A stretch of 64,000 nucleotides of DNA, from positions 32,001 through 96,000 of IMG/VR virus record IMGVR_UViG_3300023276_001086. One strand, given 5' to 3'. The stretch comes from a virus. The position numbers and the translations under genes are program-made. The first letter of the stretch is position 1, and each line of letters opens with the position of its first letter. Under the pieces are notes generated by a model. That model was given only the letters and a program-made list of their open reading frames with translations, did not search any database and was not told the DNA's origin. Below, one piece after another: positions 18,386 through 29,200 of the stretch.

Positions 18386-21372
18386 GTGCCTTCACGCTCG
18401 TTGACCCCGTGATAGTAATCTATCATCGTGTCCTCTGGGGGTTCCTCCTCAAAATCAGAGAAGTCATAATCAGGATGCTTATCCTCCTCCCAGGACTGGC
18501 GCAAACGAACAAATTCCGAGTCAAACCGGGCCTTAGCCCGACTACCGCGATTGACATCCTGCACTACGAATTCGTTCGCAGCAGCCTGAAATGCCTTGCT
18601 GAACGACGCGTTACCGGCTGTCGCGGCGAAGAACGTAGTGAACTCTCCCGTGATCAACATTTGCCGAGCTCGATCAAAGCCGTGCTCGAGCAGAGCCTGC
18701 AAAGCGGAATCCGCCGCAGCGATGGCCGACACGAAAAACGCATCGAGGATCGTCGTCAAGTCCGCCAGCTTGCTCTTCAGCATAGACACTCTGGTGTACG
18801 CCGTGTTTACCCTATCCCGACTCGGGGTCACCAGCAGGATGGGGCCCAACGCCCTATCAATCCAACTCAAGTCCTCCCCGAATGGCGGAAGCGTACCGGC
18901 CACCCAAAGATCCAAAGTGTCTATGAATGTCTGGTACATGACGAACGCCCCAGACTGAATACTGAACCCCTCCACACTAAGCGCGAACGAGGGATCGAGA
19001 CTGGGGGATACGACCAGCACACCATCGCCGAGCTGGGCAGTAGAAGTGATCGTAGCCTGCTCCGCGCTAATACCGTCCAGCACCAAGTCCCCAACACGGA
19101 TATGAAGACGTGACACATCAAGCGCCCGCCACCCGTAAACGGGATCCCGGTACTCGAGCTCGAGCTCGTTGACCATGGCAGTGTGGGTGATACCGTCGAG
19201 ACCCAAAAGGTCACGAGCCGAGTCAGTGGGATGGTCAAGCTCAACCACCCCAGTTAGCCCAGCATCCAGGGACGTAATCTCGAGGACCTCATGGTAGACC
19301 ACAACCGTGTGCATCAGATCCGCTGTGTTGTCCCTGAGCCTCCTGCTGAGGGTCAGCTCAACCGAGCTGGCGCCCGAGTTCCAGGCGTACCCGGCGAGCT
19401 GGTAGGCACCCCGGTTGTCCCCGCTGGCGACGTTGACCTTCAATTCAGCAAAGGCCGGCCAGTCCCCGGTGGGGTCCGCCGTGACTGGAATAGACAAAAC
19501 CGTATCGCTGTCACGCACCGCCCGACCGGAATTGAGAACATCCTGACGCAGCATCCGGGCAACTGCGTCGACCGAGAAAGTGCTGTCATTGTTGAGCATG
19601 TTGACGAGCGCGGCCCCGGAGACGTCAGCCTCTCGTGACTCCTGGTGTCGAGTGAGGCCGATTGTGCTCAGACATCGCGCGCTGGGGGTACCGGCAACAT
19701 CACCCAGTATTGTGATGATCGAACCTTCGCCATCGAGCTCGGAGGTTATCGACACACGATCCCCAGAAGTACTCGCCGTAAACCCAGCCCCGCCAGCGTC
19801 GTCGATTGCGTAGGCCACCGTGTCCACGGTACCTACTGGACCAGCTGGGACGAGATAGTCTGGCCAATCCCCCTCCGGAAGATCGACTGCAACAAAGGCT
19901 GGATCATCGTTAGCCTTGATCCATATTTCGCTATTTCCGTCCCAACCAGTCGACCTCGTAGCAGGTGTGCTGCCCCCGTCCCCGGAGTACCAAGGTGCGA
20001 GACCAGAAGCATAAGAGAAGCCATTGGTCACTACCATGCTCCTCTGCGCGTAACTGGTCGGAGGCGACACCACGCTGTAGGCGATACTGACCTCATTCGC
20101 GCCCGTCACGGTTACAGTAATCTCAGGTCGAATACTGTCCGTCCACATGGCGACGTTATCCAGATCCGTCTGGATCTGCGCCCCAGTCCTCGTCCCAGTA
20201 TTGAGCTCGCACTCGTAATGAGTCCCATCCACGGCAATATGGAACATCTCAGTTCCAGCGGCGATGGTGAAGTCCCCCACCTTCGATACGAGCGGCCACG
20301 GGACTACCAAGTCAGGACCAATAGCAAAGTCTCCCGCCACGCTCCCCATAACCGTAGCGGCCTTGATACCGGAATGGTACGACGGCGAACTCACAGGAAA
20401 GAGATCTGCAACAAGCGGGGATCCATTCAGGTCCGAGAAGCTCAACAGGTTCGTAGGCAACAAGGCCGCCGAATCGTAAAGCGGGTAGGGCGCACTGATG
20501 GTACCCGTAGCAACCGGAGCCGTACCCTCACCATGAGCGGTGAGCCGATACAGGGGGTCCGACGATACCAACTGGGAGAACTTGGCCGTCCCGGGGATAG
20601 GCAGGGTGGCCAGTGCCTTGACCACACTCTCATTGGCCAGCAGTGTCAGGAGGGCCTGCCGCGCCTGGAGGATGCGCTCCTCGCCCGTCAAGCCCTCAAG
20701 CACCTCGTACAAGTCGTCAAGCTGACTGAAGGCACGCAGTACTTGTCGCTGACCTACCCTAGAAGACAACTTCCCACTGGTGAACTCCGACAGCGCCGAC
20801 TGAATACTACCCACACTAGAGAGAAGTCGCGTGTGCTCATCCTTCAGGCTGGCAAAACTGGTGGACACATCGACCTTCGCCTCACCGGAGGGTCGAACGA
20901 TATCGGTCACAGGCGCTGTCGACCCACGCGGAACAAAAGTCATCTTGACTGTACGGGAGAGCTCCCTCTTAGCCCGAGTCAGCGCCTGCTGGTAACGACG
21001 GTACTCCGAACCAGCGAGACTCCCACTCCGAGACAAGGAGGAGTCCATAGCCTGCAAACTGTTGCGCGCACTAGCGATAGAGGACACATCGTTGACAGGT
21101 CGGTTCGGCATGGCCAGGTCGTCAATAGCGTCGAGGAGGTCGTCACACAACGCGTCCTCTGCATTGATGATTTGCTTGATGCCGTTACGGGCTAGGTAGA
21201 TCAGGTAGAAGACGACATCGGGGTCGTACAAGAGAACGGAGTAAACAATCTCCATGATCTCCGTGAACTCGGTCGCAGTATCGAGAGGTCCCAGAGAGTC
21301 CTGCTGGAAAGACAGGGTTCCCTGGACCAACGACCCAACAGCTGCTGATTTCTCGTCACTGCTGTAGCTCAC
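18382..21372 (-). CDS. Large virion structural protein (helical termini, beta-rich core)
   Basis: 996 aa in the baseplate operon. Confidence 0.65.
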   Translation of the reverse strand: MSYSSDEKSAAVGSLVQGTLSFQQDSLGPLDTATEFTEIMEIVYSVLLYDPDVVFYLIYLARNGIKQIINAEDALCDDLLDAIDDLAMPNRPVNDVSSIASARNSLQAMDSSLSRSGSLAGSEYRRYQQALTRAKRELSRTVKMTFVPRGSTAPVTDIVRPSGEAKVDVSTSFASLKDEHTRLLSSVGSIQSALSEFTSGKLSSRVGQRQVLRAFSQLDDLYEVLEGLTGEERILQARQALLTLLANESVVKALATLPIPGTAKFSQLVSSDPLYRLTAHGEGTAPVATGTISAPYPLYDSAALLPTNLLSFSDLNGSPLVADLFPVSSPSYHSGIKAATVMGSVAGDFAIGPDLVVPWPLVSKVGDFTIAAGTEMFHIAVDGTHYECELNTGTRTGAQIQTDLDNVAMWTDSIRPEITVTVTGANEVSIAYSVVSPPTSYAQRSMVVTNGFSYASGLAPWYSGDGGSTPATRSTGWDGNSEIWIKANDDPAFVAVDLPEGDWPDYLVPAGPVGTVDTVAYAIDDAGGAGFTASTSGDRVSITSELDGEGSIITILGDVAGTPSARCLSTIGLTRHQESREADVSGAALVNMLNNDSTFSVDAVARMLRQDVLNSGRAVRDSDTVLSIPVTADPTGDWPAFAELKVNVASGDNRGAYQLAGYAWNSGASSVELTLSRRLRDNTADLMHTVVVYHEVLEITSLDAGLTGVVELDHPTDSARDLLGLDGITHTAMVNELELEYRDPVYGWRALDVSRLHIRVGDLVLDGISAEQATITSTAQLGDGVLVVSPSLDPSFALSVEGFSIQSGAFVMYQTFIDTLDLWVAGTLPPFGEDLSWIDRALGPILLVTPSRDRVNTAYTRVSMLKSKLADLTTILDAFFVSAIAAADSALQALLEHGFDRARQMLITGEFTTFFAATAGNASFSKAFQAAANEFVVQDVNRGSRAKARFDSEFVRLRQSWEEDKHPDYDFSDFEEEPPEDTMIDYYHGVNEREGT

Positions 21373-21724
21373 GTTTCTTCTTCCTCACAGCCGCCAACAC
21401 AGTCTTGAGCTCCCCGAAACCCTCACCCCTGAGTTCCCAAACTGTTCTGGCAACTTGGTCATGATCCAGGTGGAGAATATCACAGACCCAGACAAAGCTC
21501 ATGGGCTGGTCCGCATCATCCGGGGAGATCCGAAAGATCCAGCTGAAGGAAGTATCGTAGAGCTTCTTACGCTGCTGAAGGCTACAGTCTTGGTAGGTGT
21601 ACAGATCCCGTAACGTGCGGAGCAGTATGCTCCAACACATGGTCCTCAACGACTCGAGGTCCCTTTGGGCCTCCCAGCTGTGCTGGTCCCACTCATCCTC
21701 GAAGTCCCGCTTGAGCGCAATCAT
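21356..21724 (-). CDS. Hypothetical phage protein
   Basis: 122 aa; WIF..SFVWVCDILHLD; ATGA-coupled. Confidence 0.6.
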   Translation of the reverse strand: MIALKRDFEDEWDQHSWEAQRDLESLRTMCWSILLRTLRDLYTYQDCSLQQRKKLYDTSFSWIFRISPDDADQPMSFVWVCDILHLDHDQVARTVWELRGEGFGELKTVLAAVRKKKRELQQ

Positions 21725-22674
21725 GTCACTGTAATGGCGAGCGCCGTATAGGTCACGGGCTGGTCGGGGAAGGTCACTATGCTGGTGTCGGACCTGGTTG
21801 CCTCGATAGTCGTAGCTCCCGAAGCTACACCCATGATTCGGAGTGTTCCGTCCTCCTGGAGCTGCACAGTGGCCACACCAACGTCACTGCTAGTGAAAAC
21901 CACATCCCGGTCCAGTGGATCCAGAGTCTGCCCATCGGAAGACATGATGGTCAACACCACATCGGAATAGGCACTCACGGCTACGGAGAGTGGGTTGGGT
22001 ACGAAGGTGATCTCGGAGACCACCGGGAAGAGCAAATCGAGCAAACTCACCGAAGACGCATCGGGTACCTTGATCACCCGACGTGAGTGGGCAAAGCCCT
22101 GCACCAACGCAGAAACCTCAGCAACGCGGTACAGATCGATCTCGACGTAGCCATCGGCATCAGTACGAGTGATGATCTTGTCCCCCATGACGCCGATACC
22201 GTCAACGACCAGGGGACTGAGGTCCGCTTGATCCTCGTTGTAGCAAACGGGAATGAAGTGGATATCCATGTTGGCTAGCGGCCGACCAGACATGTCGACA
22301 AAGTACCCCGAGCAACGACACATGCGGGGATCCGTCGCCGTCGGCAACGACCTGGTCTGCCCTTGAACCGAGAAGTAGTTAGTCCCTGTCGGTGACCCGG
22401 CCGCCGGCGAGTAGACATCAATAGACTGGGGCGTCTTGCTATCATCCCCAAGCAAGCCGTCGAAAGACACACCGGTCTTGCTCATGCGAATGGTGTACAC
22501 CTCCGGAACAACCTCACCATTGAGCATCAGCTCGCAGTAAGACTCCCCACCAGAGAGGGCAGTGGTGTTCTGCGTAACAAAAACGTCAAGAGAGTCATAG
22601 GCCTGCACGAGAACACCCTCGAGAGGGGCGTCGACCTCATCAACTGCGTAGACTCGGACTGTCTCAATAGCCAT
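21721..22674 (-). CDS. Structural protein with transthyretin/Ig-like domains (C-terminal Big_2-like)
   Basis: VVFTSSDVGVATV..IMGVASGATTIEA Big_2-like; middle domain paralogous to the C-terminus of 23000..23944. Confidence 0.65.
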   Translation of the reverse strand: MAIETVRVYAVDEVDAPLEGVLVQAYDSLDVFVTQNTTALSGGESYCELMLNGEVVPEVYTIRMSKTGVSFDGLLGDDSKTPQSIDVYSPAAGSPTGTNYFSVQGQTRSLPTATDPRMCRCSGYFVDMSGRPLANMDIHFIPVCYNEDQADLSPLVVDGIGVMGDKIITRTDADGYVEIDLYRVAEVSALVQGFAHSRRVIKVPDASSVSLLDLLFPVVSEITFVPNPLSVAVSAYSDVVLTIMSSDGQTLDPLDRDVVFTSSDVGVATVQLQEDGTLRIMGVASGATTIEATRSDTSIVTFPDQPVTYTALAITVT

Positions 22675-23000
22675 TAGCCGTGGAAGCCCTTCAGCTCCGT
22701 GCCCAGCCGACTGTTGTTTACCGCCGCCTGCTGGATATGTGCCGCCTGAATGCCGCCCCCACCGCCGCCCATCGTCAACATTGGGCTCACCCCAGACCCA
22801 GCCAGGCTCATCCGAAGCTGCGCGTTTGAATTAGCGCGCATCTGCTGAAGATTACCCTCCTGGGACATCCGCTCCCGCGTGTGCCGATTCTCACGACCAG
22901 CCAGCATAGTCGTAGTCCGGAGCTCATCCATTTTAGCTTCCCGAGTCGCCCGCCGGGCCAGCGCAAAAAGGGCACCGATAGTAAAAGCCTTACCCAGCAT
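22674..23000 (-). CDS. Hypothetical small protein
   Basis: 108 aa, coupled at both ends. Confidence 0.55.
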   Translation of the reverse strand: MLGKAFTIGALFALARRATREAKMDELRTTTMLAGRENRHTRERMSQEGNLQQMRANSNAQLRMSLAGSGVSPMLTMGGGGGGIQAAHIQQAAVNNSRLGTELKGFHG

Positions 23001-23944
23001 CAGGTCCTCCTCACGGCCGCAGGAATGTCCGGGACCTGAATCTGGAACACATCATCAGCAGCGGCCACCTCACCGAGCACGTCAAACTCCGTCCCTGATG
23101 ACGGCACCGTAATCTGTCTGGTAATCCCAGTACCTGCGATGGACACGTCCACGATCGCCCCCTTGATGAGCATCACTTCGGCGTGCCCAGCAGTATCAGT
23201 GTAAACCGGTACAACCCCGCGTACTACCCCCACGGTATCCACCACGAGCGCGCCGGGTATGTACACAGGATGAAAGGTTATTCTCCTCTCAGCTATCGGC
23301 GAGCCGTCCACAGTCGCGAGATCCAACACTCCCTTGATGAGATAGCTCGCCCCGATGATCGAGCCGATATCACCCTGAATGGGGTCGCTGGTCGTCGACA
23401 CAGCCGCCGTCGAGCTGTTGTAGTACTGCGTCTGATAGTAGTAGCTGGAGTCGCCGCTCTGGTCGTCATACTCGTAGTCGTCCTGCAACGCGACGAGCAG
23501 GATGCGTTCATCCTCACCGTTGTCGATATCGTCCAGCACGAAGCCAAGCTCGGCCAGCGCCGTGCCCCCGGTGATCTCGAGCACCGAACTCGTCCCAGTG
23601 GTGTCGCTCGTGAGCCGAATCGCCCCGCCCTCTTCGGAGGCCGTAAGGCCAGTTGAGTTGTCGTTGATGAAGTCGACGGTGTCGTCGGCGTTGATCGGAT
23701 CAGCTGTAGCGAAGGTGATTGTCTGCTCAGAGCCCTCGTCCACCTTCAACAACAGCGTCAGGGCGTTGAGCGTGAACGAGGCGGTCTCGGTGCTGAGAAT
23801 GGTCGCTTCGGTATCAGCGGCCGCGGTGATCTCCGTATAGGTCCCGCCCTCGCCGTCCTCCGAGCGATAGACACGCATCTGATCGAACAGGGTCATGACG
23901 TTCGCCAGGTTGCCCACGAATATCTTCAGCTTGATGACGGCCAT
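23000..23944 (-). CDS. Virion structural protein
   Basis: 314 aa, acidic and beta-rich; TD..G..E..L domain shared with 21721..22674. Confidence 0.65.
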   Translation of the reverse strand: MAVIKLKIFVGNLANVMTLFDQMRVYRSEDGEGGTYTEITAAADTEATILSTETASFTLNALTLLLKVDEGSEQTITFATADPINADDTVDFINDNSTGLTASEEGGAIRLTSDTTGTSSVLEITGGTALAELGFVLDDIDNGEDERILLVALQDDYEYDDQSGDSSYYYQTQYYNSSTAAVSTTSDPIQGDIGSIIGASYLIKGVLDLATVDGSPIAERRITFHPVYIPGALVVDTVGVVRGVVPVYTDTAGHAEVMLIKGAIVDVSIAGTGITRQITVPSSGTEFDVLGEVAAADDVFQIQVPDIPAAVRRT

Positions 23945-24247
23945 CTACTCCTCCTCCTCCGCCCTTCGGATCGTGGGGGCCAGGTCCTCGGCCGAGAGGA
24001 TGGTCGGTTCACTGGAGCCCGTGGTCTGGTCAGGGCTCTTCGCTCCACGCATCTCCGGCTTGAGCTCCACGCCAGACAGTGTCACAGGTGCCCCGGCCGG
24101 ACCCCCTACTATGGGCGGCACCGTGCAGCGCAAGGTGGGCCGAACCTCTACGGTGGCCACCAGCGTGGGTGCGTCACAGACCTCAACCTCTACCAGCCCT
24201 GAATGGTGCCAGCCGTCAGTAATCGCTGATAGGGCTGTGAGTGCCAT
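23945..24247 (-). CDS. Hypothetical protein
   Basis: 100 aa, coupled in operon. Confidence 0.55.
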   Translation of the reverse strand: MALTALSAITDGWHHSGLVEVEVCDAPTLVATVEVRPTLRCTVPPIVGGPAGAPVTLSGVELKPEMRGAKSPDQTTGSSEPTILSAEDLAPTIRRAEEEE

Positions 24248-24786
24248 TACTCCTTCACCAACGTCATCGTCTGCAAGCGGTTCGCCCCATAGTGCAGCGA
24301 GTCCACCAGGTACTCCGCAATCGTCCCAGTCTCAGCCACGCCACCCTCTGTCGAGGCCAGGGTATTGACCTTCGTATCGAAGACGCGAAGACGCGCCGTG
24401 AGCAACATGCTATTCGCGTCGTAGGTACACTTGTCGATCCGCGTGTTCTCCTTGTTGAGCCCGAGGAGCCGGATGATCATGGCGGCCAAGTCGTCGAGGC
24501 CCTCCTGGGTCACGAAGATCTGCTCAGCCTCCCTCGAGTAACTGATGTGCTCGATGCTGTGTGCGGCATCTGCATACACGATGAAGAGGGCCGAGTAGGA
24601 TCCGACACTCGACGGAACCCACGATCCCTCGTACCTCCCCTTGGCGATGTGCGTGAGGTCGACGACAGCGAGCGGGGTGGCATTCCCCGGCTCATAAATC
24701 TCAGCCTGGGGGTACATGCCAACGCCGCCGTCAGGCAGCGCCTCGACAAGCGTCACCGTGCCCCCAACTGTCGCCGGTATCGTCAT
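24247..24786 (-). CDS. Hypothetical structural protein (Ig-like)
   Basis: 179 aa; GRYEGSW.P..VGSY. Confidence 0.6.
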   Translation of the reverse strand: MTIPATVGGTVTLVEALPDGGVGMYPQAEIYEPGNATPLAVVDLTHIAKGRYEGSWVPSSVGSYSALFIVYADAAHSIEHISYSREAEQIFVTQEGLDDLAAMIIRLLGLNKENTRIDKCTYDANSMLLTARLRVFDTKVNTLASTEGGVAETGTIAEYLVDSLHYGANRLQTMTLVKE

Positions 24787-24788
24787 CG

Positions 24789-25574
24789 CTACTCCAAGCA
24801 GCTCGGCGGGAGCCGTCTACCCTGTTTGGATAACGCCCCCCGCATGAAGACCTTCTCACCACGGCTCATGCCCAGACACAAACGATTGTACGCTCGTTCA
24901 TGCCCATTGGAGATTTCAATCTCATGCTCGAGGTCCACCAGCGCCTGCTTCATTGGACCGACGTTCGAGTTTCGACCGACAGTCTTGATCTGCGACTCAA
25001 TGCGCTTGTACTGCGCCGAGCGCTGCGTCCGCTCGTGTACGACGTTGGCTTCGAGCTTGGCCAAGAACCAAGCAGCGCTGAAGCCGCCACTGATGAGCAC
25101 GACGATGACCCCAATCAACCCGTAGAACATCCGACGTGGGGCCTTCTTGATATCCCCGACGTCGTGTATGAGCTGGTTCTGTTGGCTTGTGACTGCCTTG
25201 ATCTTCCCAGCCTGGGCGATGCCCTTCTGGACGTCCTTCTCGACCTTCTGGGCGGCGTCACGTTGGTTCTCCTTGATGTCCCCGATGACCTTCACCTGGA
25301 AGCAACGATGCCCCTCGTCGACCTTGTCCTCCACTCGAGACAGGCGCTCCGTGGTGAGCCCCATCTTAGTGTCGAGCTCGATGACCTTGTCACTGGTGTC
25401 GTCTACCTTCTTCTTGATATCTGGGATCTGCTCTGTGAAAACAGCCGTCGCGTTGACGGCGCTAGCCATCTTATCAATGACCTCCCACAGCCGGTCAATA
25501 TCCACAGAGGCCACGTCACTCACCCTCTTTGGTCGAGGTGTGATGCGCATCTTGCTGGGTTTTTGGGTAGCCAT
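24789..25574 (-). CDS. Coiled-coil protein with one TM segment (possibly lysis-associated)
   Basis: 261 aa; FYGLIGVIVVLISGGFSAAWFLA TM; exact start uncertain. Confidence 0.6.
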   Translation of the reverse strand: MATQKPSKMRITPRPKRVSDVASVDIDRLWEVIDKMASAVNATAVFTEQIPDIKKKVDDTSDKVIELDTKMGLTTERLSRVEDKVDEGHRCFQVKVIGDIKENQRDAAQKVEKDVQKGIAQAGKIKAVTSQQNQLIHDVGDIKKAPRRMFYGLIGVIVVLISGGFSAAWFLAKLEANVVHERTQRSAQYKRIESQIKTVGRNSNVGPMKQALVDLEHEIEISNGHERAYNRLCLGMSRGEKVFMRGALSKQGRRLPPSCLE

Positions 25575-25714
25575 AACGCGAAGTCATCCTTCTCTCCTCC
25601 TAGTCGCCCCCCACGATCTGGGCGGAGTCAACAATCAACCACCCAAAACCAATCGGAGCGGAAATTGAACCACATAACCAACGTCGGACAATACGCCGCC
25701 GCCCAAAAGTCTAC

Positions 25715-25981
25715 TCAAGGCTCCACCTCGTCGTCGAATGGGTCTAGGGGCGTCGAGTCGCCCTTGTGAAACCATGTGTCGAAGGTGTCGGCAGGGAGGC
25801 TGCGCCTCGTGAGGAAGGCGGCAAGCTCCGCGTCGAGGAACCGCCGCATCTTTTGTGGAAGCAACTTCCTCGGCGTGCGACGAAGGAGAGCCATCAAGAC
25901 GTGCAGCCTTCGATTCGTGATCCTCTGCCGCCTCTGAACGACAAGGAGTAGAGCCTCGACCTCTGCGAGAGTCATCGCCAT
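25715..25981 (-). CDS. Hypothetical protein
   Basis: Likely start MAMTLAEVE at 25981 (TGATG overlap). Confidence 0.55.
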   Translation of the reverse strand: MAMTLAEVEALLLVVQRRQRITNRRLHVLMALLRRTPRKLLPQKMRRFLDAELAAFLTRRSLPADTFDTWFHKGDSTPLDPFDDEVEP

Positions 25982-26274
25982 CAGTCCACCGCCTCTTTCA
26001 TCTTCGTAACCAAGGCGTCGATGATAGCTTGCTTCACCAGAGGGAACTCGCAAAGCTGACGCACTACAAACTCTCGTTGCCCCCGCGCAGTATGCGAGCC
26101 GGGGTCGCACGAAGACGCAGCCGAGACACCCACCTGAAACGTGACGATGTGCCGATCATCGACGTAAGCACTGACAATGGGAGACTCCCCGCCCTTCTCG
26201 CAGAAGTTGATTTGAATACCCAGCGACACGCTGGATTCGAGGACTTCGCCTTCTGGATTAGTAGTAGTTGTCAT
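25981..26274 (-). CDS. Hypothetical protein
   Basis: Likely start MTTTTNPEG at 26274 within ORF 25981..26343. Confidence 0.55.
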   Translation of the reverse strand: MTTTTNPEGEVLESSVSLGIQINFCEKGGESPIVSAYVDDRHIVTFQVGVSAASSCDPGSHTARGQREFVVRQLCEFPLVKQAIIDALVTKMKEAVD

Positions 26275-29200
26275 AGTCTGCAACCCCGAAGAGGAGCGCC
26301 ACATAGTCGAGAGCCATGTGCTTGTACTCGCCAGCGTCGTCATTATCTATCGAGAAACCTGGGACCAATGCCGTGCTCGGGATAGTGGTCGTGTGTGTCG
26401 CCTTCAGAACCCCGTCGATGTAGAGCTTCGCGTCGGAAGCAGTGACCACCACGGCATATTCACGCATGGTATGGGGGTCCATTGCGATGTTGTCCGTCGT
26501 AGTCGCCGACGAACTTGCCGTGGTCACGAATTTGACCGTGTTAGCGTTCGTCCCTCTGTTGACCCAAATATGGTCAGCGAGAATTCCAGACGTGTCGTGC
26601 ATCCCGCCAAACATCGTGTACCCGTCAGCGTCACCACCCTCGCTAACGATCTGCGCTCGCCACCTGATAGTGAACGGGTCGGGAGAACCAGCGACGATCC
26701 TAGTTCGTCCGATAATCGTTGCGTAACTACCGCTCGCCGTTCCCGTCCGAATCCGCAACCAGTGCGGATCACTGTTCAGGAGAGAGCCTCCACCGACATC
26801 AGAATCCCATGTAAACGGTGGAGAATCGTAAAAGGATTCGTGCATGAAATGATCGTACAGAGAGAAGAGACCGAGCCCGCCAGAAGACCCCCCAGGGATG
26901 GTGATCAGCGCCTCGTCTGACCCAGCATCAGTGACCGTGACTCCATCACCCTCGAAATTGAGCGTACCGTGTGGCGTATTGGGGATGCTGACGCCCTCAT
27001 CTTGCACGATTACATCGGAGCCAGAACCAGTCGGCCCGGTGTCGCCATCAGCGCCATCAGCACCAGTCGCGCCGATGCCCTCGACACGACTGATCACAAG
27101 AGCCGAACCATTCGCTTGCAGTATCAGCAGATTCGTTCCGCTGTTCCGCATCGCCTGCATCTTGAGTTTGTCGCCAGAGTCCAGATCGAGAACCGCGACA
27201 CGGGTTGCAGTACCGTGCCCCTGAGTCGCTTGACGGTTGTAAATGCCACCAGCGACACCAGCGACCTCGACGTACCCACTCCCAGTGTCGATCATCAGGC
27301 GAGTCAAGCTGTCAGACCGGCTCGTGCCCGACGAGGCATCGACCGAAACAGACGCATGTACGAGGTAGGTTCCGTCTTCTCCGATTGTCACTTCAGCAGA
27401 CGACGCGACGTGGGTAAAATCCGAAGTCTTTTTTCGCTCAGTGATTAGCGGAACGTCGGTCCACCCAGCGTCGATGCTCGTGCCACCAGTCGAATCGTAA
27501 GCATCGAAATACTGCGAATCAGCAGCAGACCCACCACCAGGCAGGTTTCCGATCTGCACACGTTTCTTGCTGTTCGAGTCGGCGCTGTCTTCGATCAGTA
27601 GGAGGTCGGCGCTGACAGGAGTCGTCTTCTCTGTGACAGCAGAAATCTCAGCAGAGACATTGTCGTGAATCGCGTCTGCGTCCGCGCCACCCGGAAGGTT
27701 CGTGATCGAGACCTTCTTCTTTGCGTAGGACGCTGCACTGTCCTCGATGATGAGGACGTCGGCACCCACTGGGGATGCCTTGTCGGCGATGGCATTGATC
27801 TCGGCATCCACATTGTCATGGATGGCATCGGAGTCGGTGCCGCTACCCCCAGGCAGGTTGCCGACTTGGACCCGCTTCTTGTTATTTGAGTCAGCACTGT
27901 CCTCGATGACCAATAGGTCAGCACTGATCGGAGACGCTTTTTCGGTGATGGCTGAGATCTCCGCTGCCACGTTGTCATGAATCGCGTCGGAGTCAGTACC
28001 GCTGCCCCCAGGCAGGTTGCCCACCTGAACTCGCTTCTTGGCGTTCGACGCTGCGCTGTCCTCGATGAGTAGAAAGTCACCGCTGACGGGCGTGACCTTC
28101 TCAGTGACCGCGCTGATCTCAGCATTCACATTGTCATGAACAGCCGTAGAGTCGATACCAGCAACAGTCGTCGTCGCCAGCTTCAGCGGTGTGACTGCTC
28201 GGGCGTCATCAGTACCCGTGTCGGTCTCGCCCTGTGTCGCGATCTCGATGACGCCCTTCTGAGCCTCGGAGCTTGCCTGTACGCTCGCGGAAACATTCGT
28301 GGGGTCCAGAGCATCCTTCTGCCACTTGACGTTGACCTCACCCGCTGGTGCCGCTGGGAGAGAATCGTCGAGATCGACGTCTGTTGACGCCGTAGCAGAC
28401 CCATTGACCGTGATGGTGTCTCCACCGCCACCACCCGCTGACGGGCCGGTGCGGTCGATGTACTCGATCAGCAGACGAGAGCCATTCGGAGTCGTCTGTT
28501 CGTTTGGCTCCGATGCCACGCTATCCAGAACCGTGAAGCGAATCTTGTCACCCGCACCGAGATCGAAAAACGAGGTCATAGAAATCGCTGTGGACAGATA
28601 GCCGTTGTTCTCACGGATATAGCCACTCATGACCTGAGATTGCTGCACCCACCCGCCGCCAGTATCGAGATCGAAATGGAGCTGTGGATTGCCTCGGATA
28701 CCGGCAGCGGTGTCCACCGCAGTCACATTGAGCATCGCCGTGACTCGATACCAACCAGCCGTAGAAATCGTGACCTCGCCCGGAAGCACCGATGTCGAGT
28801 GCGTGTAGTAGTCGTCTTTGATCACCTCGGAGGTGAGCGGTACGGTCTGCGCGACGTTCGTCACTGCCATCGCCCCAGTGACGTCGATGCCTTGGAACAT
28901 CTTGACTGTGACACCAGAGGGCAGGTTCCCGATCTGGACTCGCTTCTTGTTGTTCGAGTCGGCGCTGTCTTCGATCAGGATGAAGTCAGCACTAGCTGGT
29001 GCGACCTTCTCTGTGATCGCTGAAATCTCAGCCGCCACGTCGTCGTGGATTGCGTCGGGGTCCGTCCCGCCCCCACCAGGGAGGTTGCCTACCTGAACCC
29101 TCTTCTTTGCGTTCGCCGCCGCACTGTCCTCGATGACAAGGAAGTCACCACTGACGGGCGTGACCTTCTCGGTGATGACGCTGATCTCAGCCGCCACGTT